A DNA stretch of 58,721 nt from Octopus sinensis (Eukaryota). The stretch is from positions 1 to 58,721 of the forward strand of contig NW_021833103.1 in assembly GCF_006345805.1 (NCBI RefSeq), given 5' to 3'. Positions 24,361-37,475 of this stretch are shown piece by piece. The notes below the pieces were generated by a model. That model searched no databases. It saw only the letters and a program-made list of their open reading frames with translations, and was not told where the DNA came from. A program made the position numbers and the translations under genes. How positions within the stretch are numbered: position 1 is the first letter of the stretch; each line of letters opens with the position of its first letter.

Positions 24361-24703
24361 TATTCTACTGTTACAGATTCTGAGACTTCAAGGATGTTCT
24401 AGAAATTGGTTAGAATTATTTTTTATTGCAGCATCCATCGGTTTATTTATGTGAGAAGTGAAGAAGACTGCTAAGTTTATGCTGAGTTCCTTGACGCTTC
24501 TACGTAGATAACATTTATTATTTACATTTGAATTGAACAGATTGTTTCAATTAAATACAAACTGGATAAGGGAACAACTTGCGTATAAAATTTCAAAATA
24601 AACGCATAAAGTTTGAAGGCACGTACGTGCGTGCACACACACATATACACCCACACGTGCACGCACACATCTACTCTCACACACATGCACGCTCACATAC
24701 ATG

Positions 24704-24734
<31 letters not shown>

Positions 24735-24794
24735 ACACATGGACGCACACACACACACATGCGCTCTCACATGCACACAAACAACTGATCGTAT

Positions 24795-25202
24795 ACTCTT
24801 CCACTCTTTTACTTGTTTCGGCTATGTGACTGTGGCCAAGCTGGAGCACCGCCTTTAGTCGAGCAAATCGACCCCAGGACTTACTCTTTGTAAGCCTAGT
24901 ACTTATTCTATCGGTCTCTTTTGCTAAACCGTTAAACTACGGGGACATAAACACACCAGCATCGGTTGTCAAGCGATGTTGGGCGGGGGGGACACAGACA
25001 CACAAACATACATCCCTCCCACACACACATATACATATATACGACGGGCTTCTTTCAGTTTCCGACCAAATTCACTCAAAAGGCATTAGTCGGCCCGAGG
25101 CTATAGTAGAAGACACTTGCCCAAGGTGCCACACAGTGAAACTGAACCCGAAACCATGTGATTGGTAAGCAAACTACTTACCACACAGCCACTCCTTTGC
25201 CT
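24795..25202 (-). mobile_element. SINE family B
   Basis: Full family match. Confidence 0.9.
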
Positions 25203-25393
25203 ATGTTTTTAAATGGTTCAGTTTTCTCTTTTCTTCCGTCCGTTTTTCAGTTTGCTGAGCAAGTCTTCATTAAAACGTTGTATTTTGCTGGTTGTGATTT
25301 TCTTTTCATTTCAAATCGGATGATTGAATTTTTTTCTGTTATTTTCATCGCATCTTATAAAAGATTAAAAAATTTTTGTTGTTGTTGTACAAT

Positions 25394-25559
25394 AGGCGTA
25401 GGAGTGGCTGTGTGGAAAGTAGCTTGCTTACCAACCACATGGTTCCGGGTTCAGTCCCACTGCGTGGCATCTTGGGCAAGTGTCTTCTGCTATAGCCCCG
25501 GGCCGACCAATGCCTTGTGAGTGGATTTGGTAGACGGAAACTGAAAGAAGCCTGTCGTA

Positions 25560-25603
<44 letters not shown>

Positions 25604-25832
25604 GTGTGTGTGTATATGTTTGTGTGTCTGTGTTTGTCCCCTTAGCATTGCTTGACAACCGATACTGGTGTGTTTATGTCCCCGTTACTTAGTGGTTCGG
25701 CAAAGGAGACCGATAGAATAAGTACTGGGCTTACAAAAGAATAAGTCCCGGGGTCGAGTTGCTCGATTAAAGGCGGTGCTCCAGCATGGCCGCAGTCAAA
25801 TGACTGAAACAAGTAAAAGAGTAAAAGAGAGT
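25394..25832 (+). mobile_element. SINE family B, young subfamily
   Basis: Diagnostic GGCATCTTGGG and AGCCCCGGG shared with 52480 and 52926. Confidence 0.92.
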
Positions 25833-26072
25833 AACTAGACCTGTGGTAGCAGCATCACGTGTTCTCCAGCGGCTGAGCTGTCCTCTTCTGGAATAAGAAA
25901 TTAACAAAAAAGAAAATGACGTCTACAAACCACCTTATTTTATTCTAATCTATAACTGGTCTCAACCAGAGACTGTGGTCATGCTGGAGCATAACCATTG
26001 GGATAATAATTGTGTCACACCGGTATAAAGGTTATTTTCCTATTCTCCAACTATTACGGAAATTTCTACAAA

Positions 26073-26149
26073 GGCGTAGGAGTGGCTGTGAGGTAAGTAG
26101 CTTGCTTATGAACCACATGGTTCCGGGTTCGGTCCCACAGCGTGGCACC

Positions 26150-26224
<75 letters not shown>

Positions 26225-26427
26225 ATTGTGTGTTTGTCCCCCCAACATCGCTTGACGACGGATGCTGGTGTGTTTACGTCCCCGTAACTTAGCGGTTCGG
26301 CAAAAGATAGAATAAGTACTATTCTTACAAAGAGTAAGTCCTGCAGTCGATTTTCTCGACTAAAGGCGGTGCTCCAGCATGGTCGCAGTCAAATGACTGA
26401 AACAAGTAAAAGAGTGAAAGAGTAAAG
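26073..26427 (+). mobile_element. SINE family B with internal deletion of the CORE-like block
   Basis: GTGGCACC joins directly to the internal (TA)n. Confidence 0.88.
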
Positions 26428-26750
26428 TATTACCTTCTGTGGAAAATAACAACTTCATGCGGGACGGAGAGAATGATCTGGTTGATCAACGAAGAAAAAT
26501 AGCAAAATAGCCGTGCGCCGTTGCATCCGCCATTTGTTGGTAATTCCTTAATACTCCTGGCATGTGACTTATTTGCACTATTCAGGCGTCAATCCTCTAA
26601 CCCTTTCGGGTGTCGTTGCTGGTGAGGGTTTTACGAGGTCGGACTGCACACCCGACCTCAACCTCTTTTACTCGCCTTTTTACGACGCGCAGAGGAAACG
26701 TTGGGCCTATTCTTTCACACGCTGGTCCTTGTTTAGCGCATCAATCTTCC

Positions 26751-27133
26751 TTGAAGCACTCCGTCGGTTACGACGATGAGGGTTCCGGTTGATCCGAATC
26801 AACGGAACAGCCTGCTCGTGAAATTAACGTGTAAGTGGCTGAGCACTCCACAGACACGTGCACCCTTAACGTAGTTCTCGGGGATATTCAGCGTGACACA
26901 GAGAGTGACAAGGCCGGCCCCTTGAAATACAGGTACAACAGAAACAGGAAGTAAGAGTGAGAGAAAGTTTTGGTGAAAGAGTACAGCAGGGATCACCACC
27001 ATCCCCTGCCGGAGCCTCGTGGAGCTTTAAGTGTTTTCGCTCAATAAACACTCACAACGCCCGGTCTGGGAATCGAAACCGCGATCCTATGACCGCGAGT
27101 CCGCTGCCCTAACCACTGGGCCATTGCGCCTCC
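26751..27133 (-). mobile_element. SINE family C head with tail type Y
   Basis: Near-identical to 45583-45966. Confidence 0.9.
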
Positions 27134-27206
27134 ACACATATCAATCTAGGGTAAACACAAAACAAAACTACACACTAAAAATATGACCATTAATAATGCT
27201 TCCAAT

Positions 27207-27592
27207 AATCCTTTTTACTATAACCCCAAGGCCTGAAATTTTGGGTGAGGGGGCAAGTCGTTTACATCGACCCCAGTGCGTAACTGGTACTTATTTCATC
27301 GACCTCGAAAAGATGAAATGCAAAGTCGACCTCGGCATAATTTGAACTCAGAACATAAGGACAGACGAAATGCTGCTGCTAAGCATTTTTTGCCCGGCGT
27401 GCAAACGATTCTACCAGATCACCGCCTTAAATAACCCTTTCCGATAAAGTCACAAGGCCTGAAATTTGGGGGAGGGGGATAGTCGAATACATCGACCCTA
27501 GTGTGTAACTGGTACTTATTTTATCGATCCCGAAAGGATGAAAAGCAACGTCGACCTCGGCGGAATTTGAACTCAGAACGTAGCGGCAGACG
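27207..27592 (-). mobile_element. Two adjacent SINE family A copies (27207-27428 and 27432-27592), tail type 1
   Basis: Each has the AAGGCCTGAAATTT tail and GTCGACCTCGGC..TTTGAACTCAGAAC. Confidence 0.85.
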
Positions 27593-27935
27593 TTTACCAG
27601 CCCGCCACCTTGATAATGTTTCCAATGACAGCAATTCTGTTCAAACGTAAACTATGTGATAAAGCTGTGTGGGAATTCAAATTGGTTAAGAAACTTGAAT
27701 GGGGTTGTGTGTGTTGGAATGAGTTTCTACTTTCCCTGTGGAGCAGAACGTGTCCTACGTTGTCACTCATCTCCCCACACGTCAATGGCGATGACGGATT
27801 TTCTCTTGTCTAGAAGTGAAAATTTAAATGATCCATGCAATTATGGTTCACGGTTCAGCAAGACATTGAGAGAGAAAAATAAAACATAGAAACACCGAGG
27901 CAGAGAGAGAGGGAGAGAGAGCGACAGAGAGACAG

Positions 27936-27978
<43 letters not shown>

Positions 27979-28010
27979 CAGAATCGAAGTCTATTCAATA
28001 AGTTCTTTTT

Positions 28011-28120
28011 ATTCTTTAATTTGTTTCAGTCATTTGACTGCGGCCATGCTGTAGCACCGTCTTTAGTCGAACAGATCGGTCCCAGAAATTATTTTTTGTA
28101 AGCCGAGTACTCATTCTATC
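28011..28120 (-). mobile_element. SINE family B tail fragment
   Basis: TTGTTTCAGTCATTTGACTGCGGCCATGCTG. Confidence 0.75.
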
Positions 28121-28259
28121 ATCCCATCTTTAAGGTAATTCAGTTAATAAAAACCAGTTTACATATTTCTTTTTTATTCACTTTTTTCATAATTGTCGTT
28201 TTACTTGTAATGACACCTTTTCTGATTTAAAACCCATAAAAAATTATTTTGGAGTGGGG

Positions 28260-28369
28260 CTGGAACGCATTAATTATATTTTAATGGGGAAAATTGATTA
28301 GTAAAACGAGTAAATCGTAAGACAAGCTTGGTCATGTAACTAATTAAACTCGTACGGCGAAGTATCAGT
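28260..28369 (+). mobile_element. Possible Tigger/pogo-like DNA transposon right end, decayed
   Basis: GGAACGCATTAATT...AATGGGGAAAATTG...AATTAAACTCGTA...GAAGTATCAGT resembles Tigger-type subterminal sequence, from memory only. Confidence 0.35.
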
Positions 28370-28939
28370 CTATTTTATGAGAGTAACATTTCAGCCAATC
28401 ATTATTGGAGTGACCCCTCCACCAATTAATTTTGATTACCCTAGACGGAGTTTATGTCGCCATTTTTGCTTGGATAATCTCCGTTAATCGTTGTTCTTTA
28501 ACGCAGTGTGTTCTACATTTCTGGTCCTGCCATTTATACCTTTCTGCTGTTTTATCTTGAAACTCGGCCAAAAGACAAGATAGCAGTAATATCAGGGGTG
28601 GATGCCGAGGTTGGCAGTACTTTTACATCAGTCGTCTCTGTTTCCTCAGAGCGTTCCGCTTCAGTTGCAGCCAGTTTATCTTCCGTCAAATCTAACAAAG
28701 AATGGCGAACAACGAAAACGTGCTTAGCTTTCGTCAAGCTTAATTAAGAACAGATTTACAGTATTTCGGTTTGATTAAAATACGCACGCATGCGTACATA
28801 CACCCGTACACCCACCCACGCATGCGCACATACACACGCATTACAGACTCACACACACACTTATACGCATACGCGTGTTTCTTTCTTGCTCTCCTTCCCT
28901 ATCTATCAATCTCTCTCTCTTTCTCTCTTTCTCTCTCAC

Positions 28940-29136
<197 letters not shown>

Positions 29137-32100
29137 AGATTTCTTTCGACGTCTAGAGTCTTTCATGGGAACGTCTCGTCCTTTACTTTTAGTGGGGGAT
29201 TGGAATGCCACCCTGGACACGCATCTAGACTACGTGGCAGCAGAGATAGCAATAGAAGGGGATGCAAATGCCTCAAAGACTGCTCAGACGTTTCCACTGT
29301 CTGACAGGTACCGACTGGACCACCGAATGTGCCAATGTGGACATGGAGTAACCGCATCGGGTCGTCCAGATCATACTTAGATAGAGTATTCTGTAGGACA
29401 ATAGATAAAAATAGTGTAGGTTGTCCACAATTTCATATAGTCAGTTACACAGATCACAAGTTTGTGACTTGTACACTTGACTTAGATAAGACACATAGGC
29501 AGGGTCTGGTTACTGGAAACTGAACGCGTCTTTTACAGCACGACAGGTTTACAGGGACCGGATCAGCACATTAGTTAAGAGAGCTTTGACGGGTACCATC
29601 ATCAACAACAGATGGTGGTATGCCCTAAAAAAAGCGATTAAAGCAGAATCAGTCAGATACTGTAGACCCTAGCATTAGACCGAAATAGAATAGAGGGAGA
29701 ATTAGTTAAGGTTTTAGAAGAGGCACTTAGAACTGGCATCGCGTCCAACGTACTGGCGGCGAGATTGGCCCTCGACCAACACCTCAACGCCAAACACGAG
29801 GGATGCGTTGTCAGAGCTAGGATGCGTGCTCTGAGGAACGAAGGAGTTGGAGCCGCCCAAGAGGCCCGAGTGGTGGAGACGCAACGAGGCAACAGAGCCA
29901 CCATCAAGTCTCTTATAGATGAACAGGGGCGCGAATTGCTCGAGCCTAAAGGATGTGTGGGGTTTTTCAACAACACTTCACCCAACTGTTTGGGACAAGT
30001 GGTGAGTCAGAAAGCAGAGTGGACTTTAGTGCCTACCTGCATGCCTTGCCACGACTCTCAGCAAGGGAGGTGGAGTCTTGTGAAAAGCCTATCACAGCTG
30101 CGGATGTACAGGATGATGATGGTAGGCTGCGCGAGAGACAAGTCACCAGGCTTGGATGGTCTGCCCTACGAATTTTATTTTCATATGCCAGACTTGTTTG
30201 GAGGCGTCTTGGCAGCTGTCTACTGCAACTGGCAGCAGAACGGGAGTATTCCTGCTTTTGTAAAGCGAGGAGCAGTGGCACTGATCAAGAAAGACCCAAA
30301 CAAGGGGGACGTCATAGATAATTTCAGGCCCATCACTCTGCTCAACGCAGATTTGAAAATTTTGGCCAAGGTGTTAGCCGAGAGGTTGGCGCTTGTCATC
30401 AAGAAACTAATCGACAAGGCGCAAACATGCGCCGTGCCGGGTAGAAGTATTCATGACAACCTCCATCTGATGCGCTACATCATAGACAGGGTAGTTAAAA
30501 ATCCTGGCATGGGTGGGGCGCTGATCAATTTGGATCAATCAAAAGCCTTCGATAGGGTAGACCATCACTACTTGGAGGCTGTCCTCAAAGCGGCTGGTTT
30601 CGGTCCAGTTTTCCGCGGTTGGATCGCTGCCTTATACAGCGGCATCCGCTCAGTAGTTCGCGTAAATGGTCATCTATCCAGACCTTTTAACATCGCTGCT
30701 GTATGTACTGACTCTTGAGCCACTACTGCGGAAACTGGCGACGCTGAGGGGCATCCCACGAGAGCTGGGATGCGGGAGGAGCGTGTCTGCATACGCGGAT
30801 GACGTCACCGTCATAGTGTCGAGCTACGAGCACATCGAGCTGGTCGGCGAGACACTGAAAGAATACGAAGCGGTAACGGGAAAAAAATTAACCGGGAAAA
30901 GTCAGTGGCTTGCGGCTCGGCACCTGGAGAAGCAAGCCCATGCCGTCCAACAGCGTCTCCATCGTGGGACGCTGGACGGACGGACCGGTTAAACTGCTCG
31001 AGGTCTGGTTCGGTCCGGACCTCCAAATGGAGAAGAACTGGGCGAGATAACGACTAGGGTGGCTACTCTCACCCAGAAATGGACTGAGAGAAAGCTATCC
31101 CTAAAGGTCGGGCGGAGGTGGCGAACGCGTACATCGCATCCGTCATCGAGTATCGTCTGACCGTCGTGCCTTGTCCCGACCCTACCATCACCAAACTGGA
31201 ACGCATACTCTTCCGCTTCTTGTGGAAGGGAAACGTTCCGATGGTTAGGCGATCCATTTGCTGCCAACACCCGCTAAATGGAGGGCTGGGCATGCCGTGG
31301 TTGATGATGCGCAGACATGCGCTGAGACTGCGACATCTCCGGCGCTTCATAGACAACGGTGAACAGGGGTGGTCGCCTTTTGTGCGGCGCGCTTTCCCGC
31401 AGCTCGTCTCCTTGGACGAACTACAGTCATGGATCAAGCAGAGACCGAGGCTAGGCGAATGGCACCGCGAGTGTCGCGTTGCTCTCAAGCAACTCTGCCG
31501 TCCGGGATCGAACTTGTACGACTCCATCACAACAAAGGCATTCTATAGAGGATTAGTGGAGGGGAGGTGCGACGACGAACTCGGGCAGAGTCTGGGCGTC
31601 GACGAGGAACACCTGACCCGCCTGTTCAGGACAACTTTCGGGCCGGTACCTATGAACAATCACCAAAGATCCCTGGCCTGGCAGTGCTATCGAGAAGCAT
31701 TACCTGTTCGGGATAAGCTCTACAGACACGGTTCCAGACACACTGGACCGACTTGCCCGAGATGCGGTCAGAGCGACGAAACCGTTCTGCACGCACTCGT
31801 GCAATGTCCAACCATTTCCGACCTGTGGGCTTATGCCGAACGGCTGCTGTCACGTGTGGGACGAATCCGCCTATCGGCCGAGTCTATCGTGAGAAGCTCC
31901 GCCCCCTTCCCTCAACCGGGAAGGCAAGGCAGTTTTCATCGTACTGGTGGCCATGGTGAAAGAATGTGTGTGGTGGACTCGAGCGAAAGGATTAGAGACA
32001 AACACTTACCTCTCTGGCCAATCGCTCATCAACTTTTTCAAGTACCACTTGAAAAGGAAGGTGAGAATGGAGAGGGAAGTTTTGTCTCGCGAAAGATTCA

Positions 32101-32474
32101 AAAAAAGATGGGTGAATGTTGCAAAGATGGTGCGTGCTAGTAACGAAACCATTTTGAGCATGATCCTGTAGATCGTAAAAAAGAAAGAAAGAGAGCATTT
32201 TTGACCTCATGTGTTTATTTCCTCCCTGACTGGGGTTCCCGTGGTCTTTTCTGTAGGCTTTTCTTCCCACGGATGAACCCAATCTTGTTATATCAATGTT
32301 TACACCATTATTTCTGTGATACACGATTTTCCTTTTTTTCCTTTTTTTTTTCCTCCTCTCGATCCCTTTTGATCGCAATCTTACATTTTTTTTTTTTTCC
32401 ACCCTCGAAAAGAAAAGCTCTGCATTTGTATTTGTCCCCTCTGTATTCAGCCCTGCGTGGCTAATAAAAGAAAG
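29137..32474 (+). mobile_element. Tx1/L1-clade LINE ORF2 (APE, RT, CCHC), 5'-truncated and frameshifted
   Basis: LVGDWNA, SYLDRVF, YTDHK (APE); DKSPGLDGLPYEFY, NFRPITLLNAD, LDQSKAFDRVDH, SAYADD (RT); CPRCGQSDETVLHALVQC; T-rich 3' UTR ending in AATAAAAG. Confidence 0.93.
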
Positions 32475-33000
<526 letters not shown>

Positions 33001-33039
33001 TATATAATATATACATACACATCCACATAAATGTGCTTA

Positions 33040-33470
33040 TTTATCTGTGTGTATGCATGTGTCGGTGCGTGTATGTATGTGTGTATGTATGTGTGTATGT
33101 ATGTATGCATGCATGTATGTATGTATGTATGTATGTGTGTATGTATGTATGTGAGTATGTATGCGTGTATGTATGTATGTGTGTATGTATGTGTGTATGT
33201 ATGTATGTATGTATGTATGTATTTATGTATGTGTGTATGTATGTATGTATGTATGTATGTATGTGTGTATGCATGTATGTATGTATGTATGTATGTATGT
33301 ATGCATGCATGTATGTATGTATGTTTGTATGTATGCGTATATGATGTACTTATGTATGTATGTACGTATGTATGTATGTATGTATGTATTTATGTATGTG
33401 TGTATGCATGTATGTATGTATGTACGTATGTATGTATGTATGTATGTATGTATGTATATATGTATGTATA
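33040..33470. repeat. (TATG)n with variants
   Basis: Direct reading. Confidence 0.95.
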
Positions 33471-33805
33471 AATGATGAACGACTGTTACAACATGTTGTC
33501 TGTTGTGGTGGCTATAAATGGAGCGGGGTCGAGACAGGCGATGCGTTCATACCGACTGTCTGAGTGGCTGCATTTATGGGTTAAAGGATCCCCTATCTAA
33601 CTCCAAGGGAAGGTATGAGTGTTATCAGAGTTGGAGTTCTGTTCTTGAGTGGCACTCATAGAATAAGAGTCGACTTTCAACAAGAATGAAGAATTAAGAT
33701 GGAGATTTGAGATAAGGAAACAGATACATGTTTTTATCGCCAGAACCAATTTCTACGTTTCACTATTTACTTCAGTCACACAGAACCACTAACCTCGTTT
33801 ATATT

Positions 33806-34130
33806 GCTCTCTCTCTCTCTCTCTCTCTCCCTCCCTCCCTCCCTCCCTCTTTAACTCGTTCTCTCTCTCTTTAACTCTCTCCCTCTTTAACTCGCTCTCT
33901 CTCTCCCACCCTCTTTAACTCGTTCTTTCTCTCTCTAACTCACCCTCTCTCTCTCTCTTTAACTCGCTCTCTCTCCCTCCCTCTTTAACTCGCCCTCTCT
34001 CTCTCTTTAACTCTCCCGCTCTCTCTCTCCCTCTCTCTCTTTAACTCGCTCTCTTTCTCTTTAACTCCCTCTTTCTCTCTCTCTCTCTCTTTCTTTAACT
34101 CTCTTTCTCTCTCTTTCTCTCTCTCTCTCC
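33806..34130. repeat. (CT)n-derived minisatellite punctuated by TTTAACTC
   Basis: About ten TTTAACTC motifs between 33850 and 34101 separated by CT/CCCT runs. Confidence 0.85.
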
Positions 34131-34469
34131 CCTGCTGTCTCTCTTCCATATCCACATCGAAAAGGATCTCCAGCGGTTTCAACGATGACTATTTGAGGTG
34201 CTCGATCAACGGAACCGCATTGTCAATGTAACTCTGCCCTCCACCCAAACGAAACCAGTGTAACAATTTGTAACACCGCGTAATACTGTGTAACACGGTG
34301 TATGGCGATGTGACAGGGCGTAACATAGTGTTGACAAGAGAGTCATTGAATTACCTTTTTTCACTGACAAGACAGGATCGAAGCCGGTAAAATCAGACTT
34401 CCATCTAAACATGTGAAGTAATTTTGAGTTATTAATTCTTAACATTTCGAAATTCTCCATAAAGTGTCG

Positions 34470-34655
34470 GAAAAAATGCTTAGCAGTGTTTCGTTCGTCT
34501 TTACGTTCCCAGTTCGAATTTGGCCGGGGTCGGCCTTGCTTTTCATCCTTTCAGAATCGATAAGATAATAACCAGTTGATCACTGAGATCAATGTAATCG
34601 ACTTACCCGCTTCCTCGAAATTGCTGGCCTTGGGCCCAAATTTGAAATCAATATT
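34470..34655 (+). mobile_element. SINE family A, old copy, tail type 1
   Basis: Diverged head and body; GCTGGCCTTGGGCCCAAATTTGAAA tail. Confidence 0.7.
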
Positions 34656-34684
34656 ACAAAATTCTTTAACTGCCATTGTACCGG

Positions 34685-35446
34685 GCGGAAACGTTATCAC
34701 GCCGGGCGAAATGCTTAGCGGTATTTCGTCTGCCGTTACGTTCTGAGTTCAAATTCCGCCGAGGTCGACTTTGCCTTTCATCCTTTCGGGGTCGATAAAT
34801 TAAGTACCAGTTACGCACTGGGGTCGATGTAATCGACTTAATCCGTTTGTCTGTCCTTGTTTGTCCCCTCTGTGTTTAGCCCCTTGTGGGTAGTAAAGAA
34901 ATAGGTATTTCGTCTGCTGCTACATTCTCAGTTCAAATTCCGCCGAGGTCGACTTTGCCTTTCATCCTTTCGGGGTCGATAAATTAAGTACCAGTTACGC
35001 ACTGGGGTCGATGTAATCGACTTAATCCGTTTGTCTGTCCTTGTTTGTCCCCTCTGTGTTTAGCCCCTTGTGGGTAGTAAAGAAATAGGTATTTCGTCTG
35101 CTGCTACATTCTCAGTTCAAATTCCGCCGAGGTCGACTTTGCCTTTCATCCTTTCGGGGTCGATAAATTAAGTACCAGTTACGCACTGGGGTCGATGTAA
35201 TCGACTTAATCCGTTTGTCTGTCCTTGTTTGTCCCCTCTGTGTTTAGCCCCTTGTGGGTAGTAAAGAAATAGGTATTTCGTCTGCTGCTACATTCTGAGT
35301 TCAAATTCCGCCGAGGTCGACTTTGCCTTCTATCCTTTCGGGGTCGATAAATTAAGTACCAGTTACGCACTGGAGTCGAAACCCATTTGTTTGTCCTTGT
35401 TTGTCTCCTCTATGTTTAGGTCCTTTGCGGGCAATAAGGAAATAAG
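34685..35446 (+). repeat. Tandem array of four 184-bp SINE family A units
   Basis: GTATTTCGTC starts at 34721, 34905, 35089 and 35273 (period 184); units 2 and 3 look identical, unit 4 is diverged. Confidence 0.95.
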
Positions 35447-36392
35447 ATTTGGTGGAGCCACGGCAAAAAAACTACCTCATGGTATTTCTAGTTATTTACT
35501 CTCTGGGTTCAAATCGTATCGAGACCGACTGTTCCTTTCACCCCCTCCCATTGACTTGTAGGTAATAAAGAACCGGTTAAGAACGGGAATCGATTTAATT
35601 GACGAACCGCTCCCCACTATATCCCAGCTTTGCTCTTATGTTTGTAACAATTTATGAAATTGTCTCCCCTCCTTAATTAGCGTAACCAGTAATTGTTAGT
35701 ATTTTGTTTGTGTTTTTCCCGATCGTGGTCTTAGAAATATGTTCGATTTCGTCAAAGTAAATTAAAAATCAAGAACAAGGTGGATATAATTTGGAAAACG
35801 ATGGTTCGAAGTTGGACCAAAATGAAATCTTTCTATTGGTAAACGTGCGAAACTGAGGTGTATGTATTGGAAGGAAAGATTTAAGAGAGCGCTTTTGAAA
35901 AGCGGGAAATTAATTAATGAATGATATTCCGTAATTATATAAATTATGGAAATAATGAAGTTATTTTAATTTTTAATTATGCAAAATAACACGTCTAAAA
36001 TCATTCGTATCTCTTTTCTATAATTAAAAATCTGACATCCGATCGGGAGACTTGGTAAGTTCTTTTGTCATGTTGATTAGGTCAAAGAGACCAAAACGGG
36101 AATAAATTTCCAAAGATTAAATCCTAATTTCTTGAAATTATTTCCCATTTTCTTTAAGATTTAATAATTATCATATTTTTTCTCTTCTTTCTCTAACAGC
36201 TAGGAACATTTTTATCAAGAATTATTTACGCACGGCATTGAGTTGGAAAGTTCTTAAAAAATCCATGTGTCTTCGTAATCCGGCATCTGGCATCTAAGAT
36301 CAGAGACATTTCAAAATGTGTGAAAAGATAACAGTTATAATTTTCAATGAAAATCCATTGCAGAAATCCGCTTTAAGCTCGGCATATGACTG

Positions 36393-37186
36393 CTCATAAG
36401 CATTTCAATTTTTGGAATTTTCAAATATTTCTTTGCGTATATCAATACAAATATTGAAACATGAAACAAGCCTTGATAATTATTTATAGTGACACAGTCT
36501 CCGCAATTTTAATGCATTCGTATATATGTCAATAGAGTGAGTATATTATCCGAAGCGTACAGTATTATATATCCATTACGACCGATCTTACTAATCGGTT
36601 TCGCGCTAGGGATTCAACGGAGTGTTATGTAACAATCCAATTATGTAACACTGCGCTCATCAGAGGTAGTCGATTTGGAATGAAATATGGCGATCGTCTA
36701 CCTCTGATGAGAGCAGAGTTACTTTCCAAAACAAAGTTTGAAATTTCTTAATAGAAATCTGATTGCAACAATTCAACGCCAACTTAACCAATGCTATGTG
36801 GTCAAATAATTCATTCCAGAAACATTCTTTTGGAAACTCTAAATCACAACAAAAAGCAGCTTTTTATACAAAGAGTAGAGTCACCTGAATTTGTCACGAC
36901 TTATTTACGTAGTTATTTCTATGCTTGACTGAATCTTGAATAATAACAAATGTTACAACATCAGGCCAAATAAACTCTCCCCGCAATAACTTCCCACCAA
37001 CCCGCAACCCGCAAACATAGTTCCCTCCTGTCCTTCTCCCCCACCTCTTCCTACACAACTCCTACTCAATTCTACTTACACTACACTACCTAAGTAAAGC
37101 AGTTTAACGAAGACGAATTTGACGAAAACCTGCAAACCGAAACGTCAGTTATGGCCAACCTTTACCTCGTAAAATATTAACGTATA
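36393..37186. mobile_element. ~790-bp non-coding element, copy 1 (hammerhead-bearing, Penelope-UTR-like)
   Basis: Reverse complement of 41893-42677, roughly 90% identical by eye. Confidence 0.85.
36570..36670 (-). ncRNA. Type I hammerhead ribozyme candidate with intact core
   Basis: CUGAUGA (36657-36663), stem II GCGC/GCGC, GAAA (36599-36602), stem III ACCGAU/AUCGGU with a 7-nt loop, GUC (36580-36582); stem I only weakly pairable. Confidence 0.6.
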
Positions 37187-37475
37187 CATATATGTATATG
37201 TATACGCACCAAATGGCTGTTGCTAAAAAGCATTCATGAAATAAAATCATGTAGCAACACCAAATGGCGGTGCCCCAGCATGGCCACAGCTCGTGAGCTG
37301 AAACTAGATAAAATAAAAATAAAATTAAATTAAATTAAAAAATATGTATGTATTTATGTGTATGTACATGTATGTATTTGTGTGCATGTATATATGTGTG
37401 TGTATACATACATACATACATACATACATACATACATACATACATACATACATACAAACATATATCTTTTATTAT

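Noticed and set aside
26628-26660. GAGGTCGG/CCGACCTC hairpin as a structured RNA
   Set aside because: A single 8-bp stem with no family context; expected by chance in 58 kb.
34721-35446. Tandem arrays (184 bp here, 75 bp at 41168) as CRISPR
   Set aside because: No unique spacers, no cas genes, eukaryotic context; units are SINE- or LINE-derived.
37110-37150. Minimal hammerhead TTGACGA...GAAACGTC at the inner end of the 790-bp element
   Set aside because: C3 missing, stem II does not pair, and copy 2 differs by an indel; at most a relic.
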